A DNA stretch of 8,311 nt from Octopus sinensis (lineage: Eukaryota): the NCBI RefSeq assembly GCF_006345805.1, contig NW_021828434.1:1-8311 (forward strand), read 5' to 3'. The notes under the pieces are model-generated. The model was not told where the DNA came from. It saw only the letters and a list, made by a program, of their open reading frames with translations, and searched no databases. Of this stretch, positions 7,062 to 8,311 are shown in pieces. The translations under genes were made by a program, and so were the position numbers. The number at the start of each line of letters is the position of its first letter. The stretch's first letter is position 1.

Positions 7062-7255
7062 TTTTTAACTTGTTCCAGTCGCTGGACTATGGCCATGCTG
7101 GAACACTGCATTCAAGAGGGTTCAGTCAAGCAAATGGACCCCAGCCTGGTACTTATTCTGTCGATATCTTTTGCTCAACTGGTAAGTTACAGGGACGTAA
7201 ACAAGTATCACCAGTAGTCACGCGGTGGAGAGTAACACGCACGCACACACACACT
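7062..7255 (-). mobile_element. 3' half of an old minus-strand SINE related to copies 1-5
   Basis: acttgttccagtc...ggccatgctggaacac...gtacttattctgtcga...taagttacagggacgtaaaca is the reverse complement of the SINE 3' body. Confidence 0.8.
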
Positions 7256-7258
7256 CAT

Positions 7259-7407
7259 TATATATATATATATATATATAAATATATAATATATATATAT
7301 ATATATATTATATATATTTATAATATATATCGCCACATACATATATATATTCTTATATATATATACTATATAGATATATATATATATTATATATATATAT
7401 ATATATA
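7259..7407. repeat. Imperfect ~150-bp (TA)n tract
   Basis: Read directly. Confidence 0.95.
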
Positions 7408-7408
7408 G

Positions 7409-7735
7409 CACTGCGTGGTACTTGGGCAAGTGTCTTCTACTATAGCCTCGGACCGACCAAAGCCTTGTGAGTGGATTTGGTAGACGGAAACTGAAAGAAG
7501 CCCGTCGTATATATGTATATATTTATATGTATGTATGTGTGTGTATATGTTTGTGTCTGAGTTTGTCCCACCGACATCGCTTGACAACCGATGCTGTTGT
7601 GTTTACGTCCCCGTAACTTAGCGGTTCGGCAAAACAAACAGATAGAATAAGTCCTGGTGTCGATATGCTCGACTAAAGGCGGTGCTCCAGCATGGCCACA
7701 GTCAAATGACTGAAACAAGTAAAAGAGTAACGAGT
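7409..7735 (+). mobile_element. SINE copy 5, 5'-truncated (no A or B box)
   Basis: Begins at cactgcgtgg and is close to copies 1-3. The segment between the two agaataagt repeats seen in copy 1 is deleted. Confidence 0.9.
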
Positions 7736-7746
7736 ATGTATGTATG

Positions 7747-7813
<67 letters not shown>

Positions 7814-7818
7814 TATCG
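7733..7818. repeat. (GTAT)n then (TA)n tract
   Basis: Read directly. Confidence 0.9.
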
Positions 7819-7914
7819 GCTATATTACGGTATATATACTTTATAAGTGACAATGATTCATACGCACATATCGGTTAGTAGTGTATGTATGTATATATGT
7901 ATGTATGTATGTAT

Positions 7915-8057
7915 GACGGGCTTCCACACAGTTTCCGTCAAACAAATTCCCTCCCAAGGCATTTGGGTCAGCGAAGGCTGTAGAAGACACTGAAGATGCC
8001 ATTCAGTGGGACTGAACTCAAAACCATGCGACTGGGAAGCAAAGCTTTTTTATACAC
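7915..8057 (-). mobile_element. 5' half (tRNA-like head) of an old minus-strand SINE
   Basis: gacgggcttcc...cagtttccgtc...gtagaagacact...cagtgggactgaactc...accatg is the reverse complement of the SINE head. Confidence 0.8.
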
Positions 8058-8311
8058 CTTATATTATATATATATATATATACAGAAACTTGTATTTCTG
8101 ATCAAAAATGTTTCACAATATTCTTGCTAATTGTTTACCTTTATGAATCCCAAGTTTTCTGAACTTTCTTTTTTCTTTCCATTTCCGCTACAAACCGATT
8201 GTGTGCATGCGTTAGTGTCACTTATAAAATTGAACAATCTCGGAAAAAAATAGTGTGTATATATATATATCGCTCTGTGTGTGTGTGTGTCGCTTATTGT
8301 ATATATTTGCA

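Noticed and set aside
1324-7853. Remaining ORFs of the track (YI-, CV- and HT-rich, and antisense SINE frames)
   Set aside because: They are translations of microsatellites, SINEs and MITEs, with no recognisable domain.
1-8311. Hammerhead ribozyme in the retroelements
   Set aside because: No CTGAnGA...GAAA core with supporting stems was seen by eye on either strand. An Infernal search would be decisive.

Overview
AT-rich eukaryotic non-coding DNA, almost entirely interspersed repeats and microsatellites. The SINE families look like those of octopus (coleoid cephalopod); this is inferred from recalled repeat consensus, not a database search. None of the supplied ORFs is a credible gene. One probable exon lies on the minus strand at 853/888-979, outside the ORF track, so much of the window may be intron. 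The main structure is multi-level nesting of mobile elements. tRNA-derived SINEs carry an internal (TA/TG)n tract that has repeatedly received other insertions. A palindromic ~105-bp-module foldback family occurs twice (2849-3649 and ~5190-6560). Three small terminal-inverted-repeat elements (176, ~89 and 380 bp) have related TIRs, 8-bp target-site duplications and a short telomeric TTAGGG/CCCTAA array at their centre. That telomere-cored MITE group is the most interesting signal.
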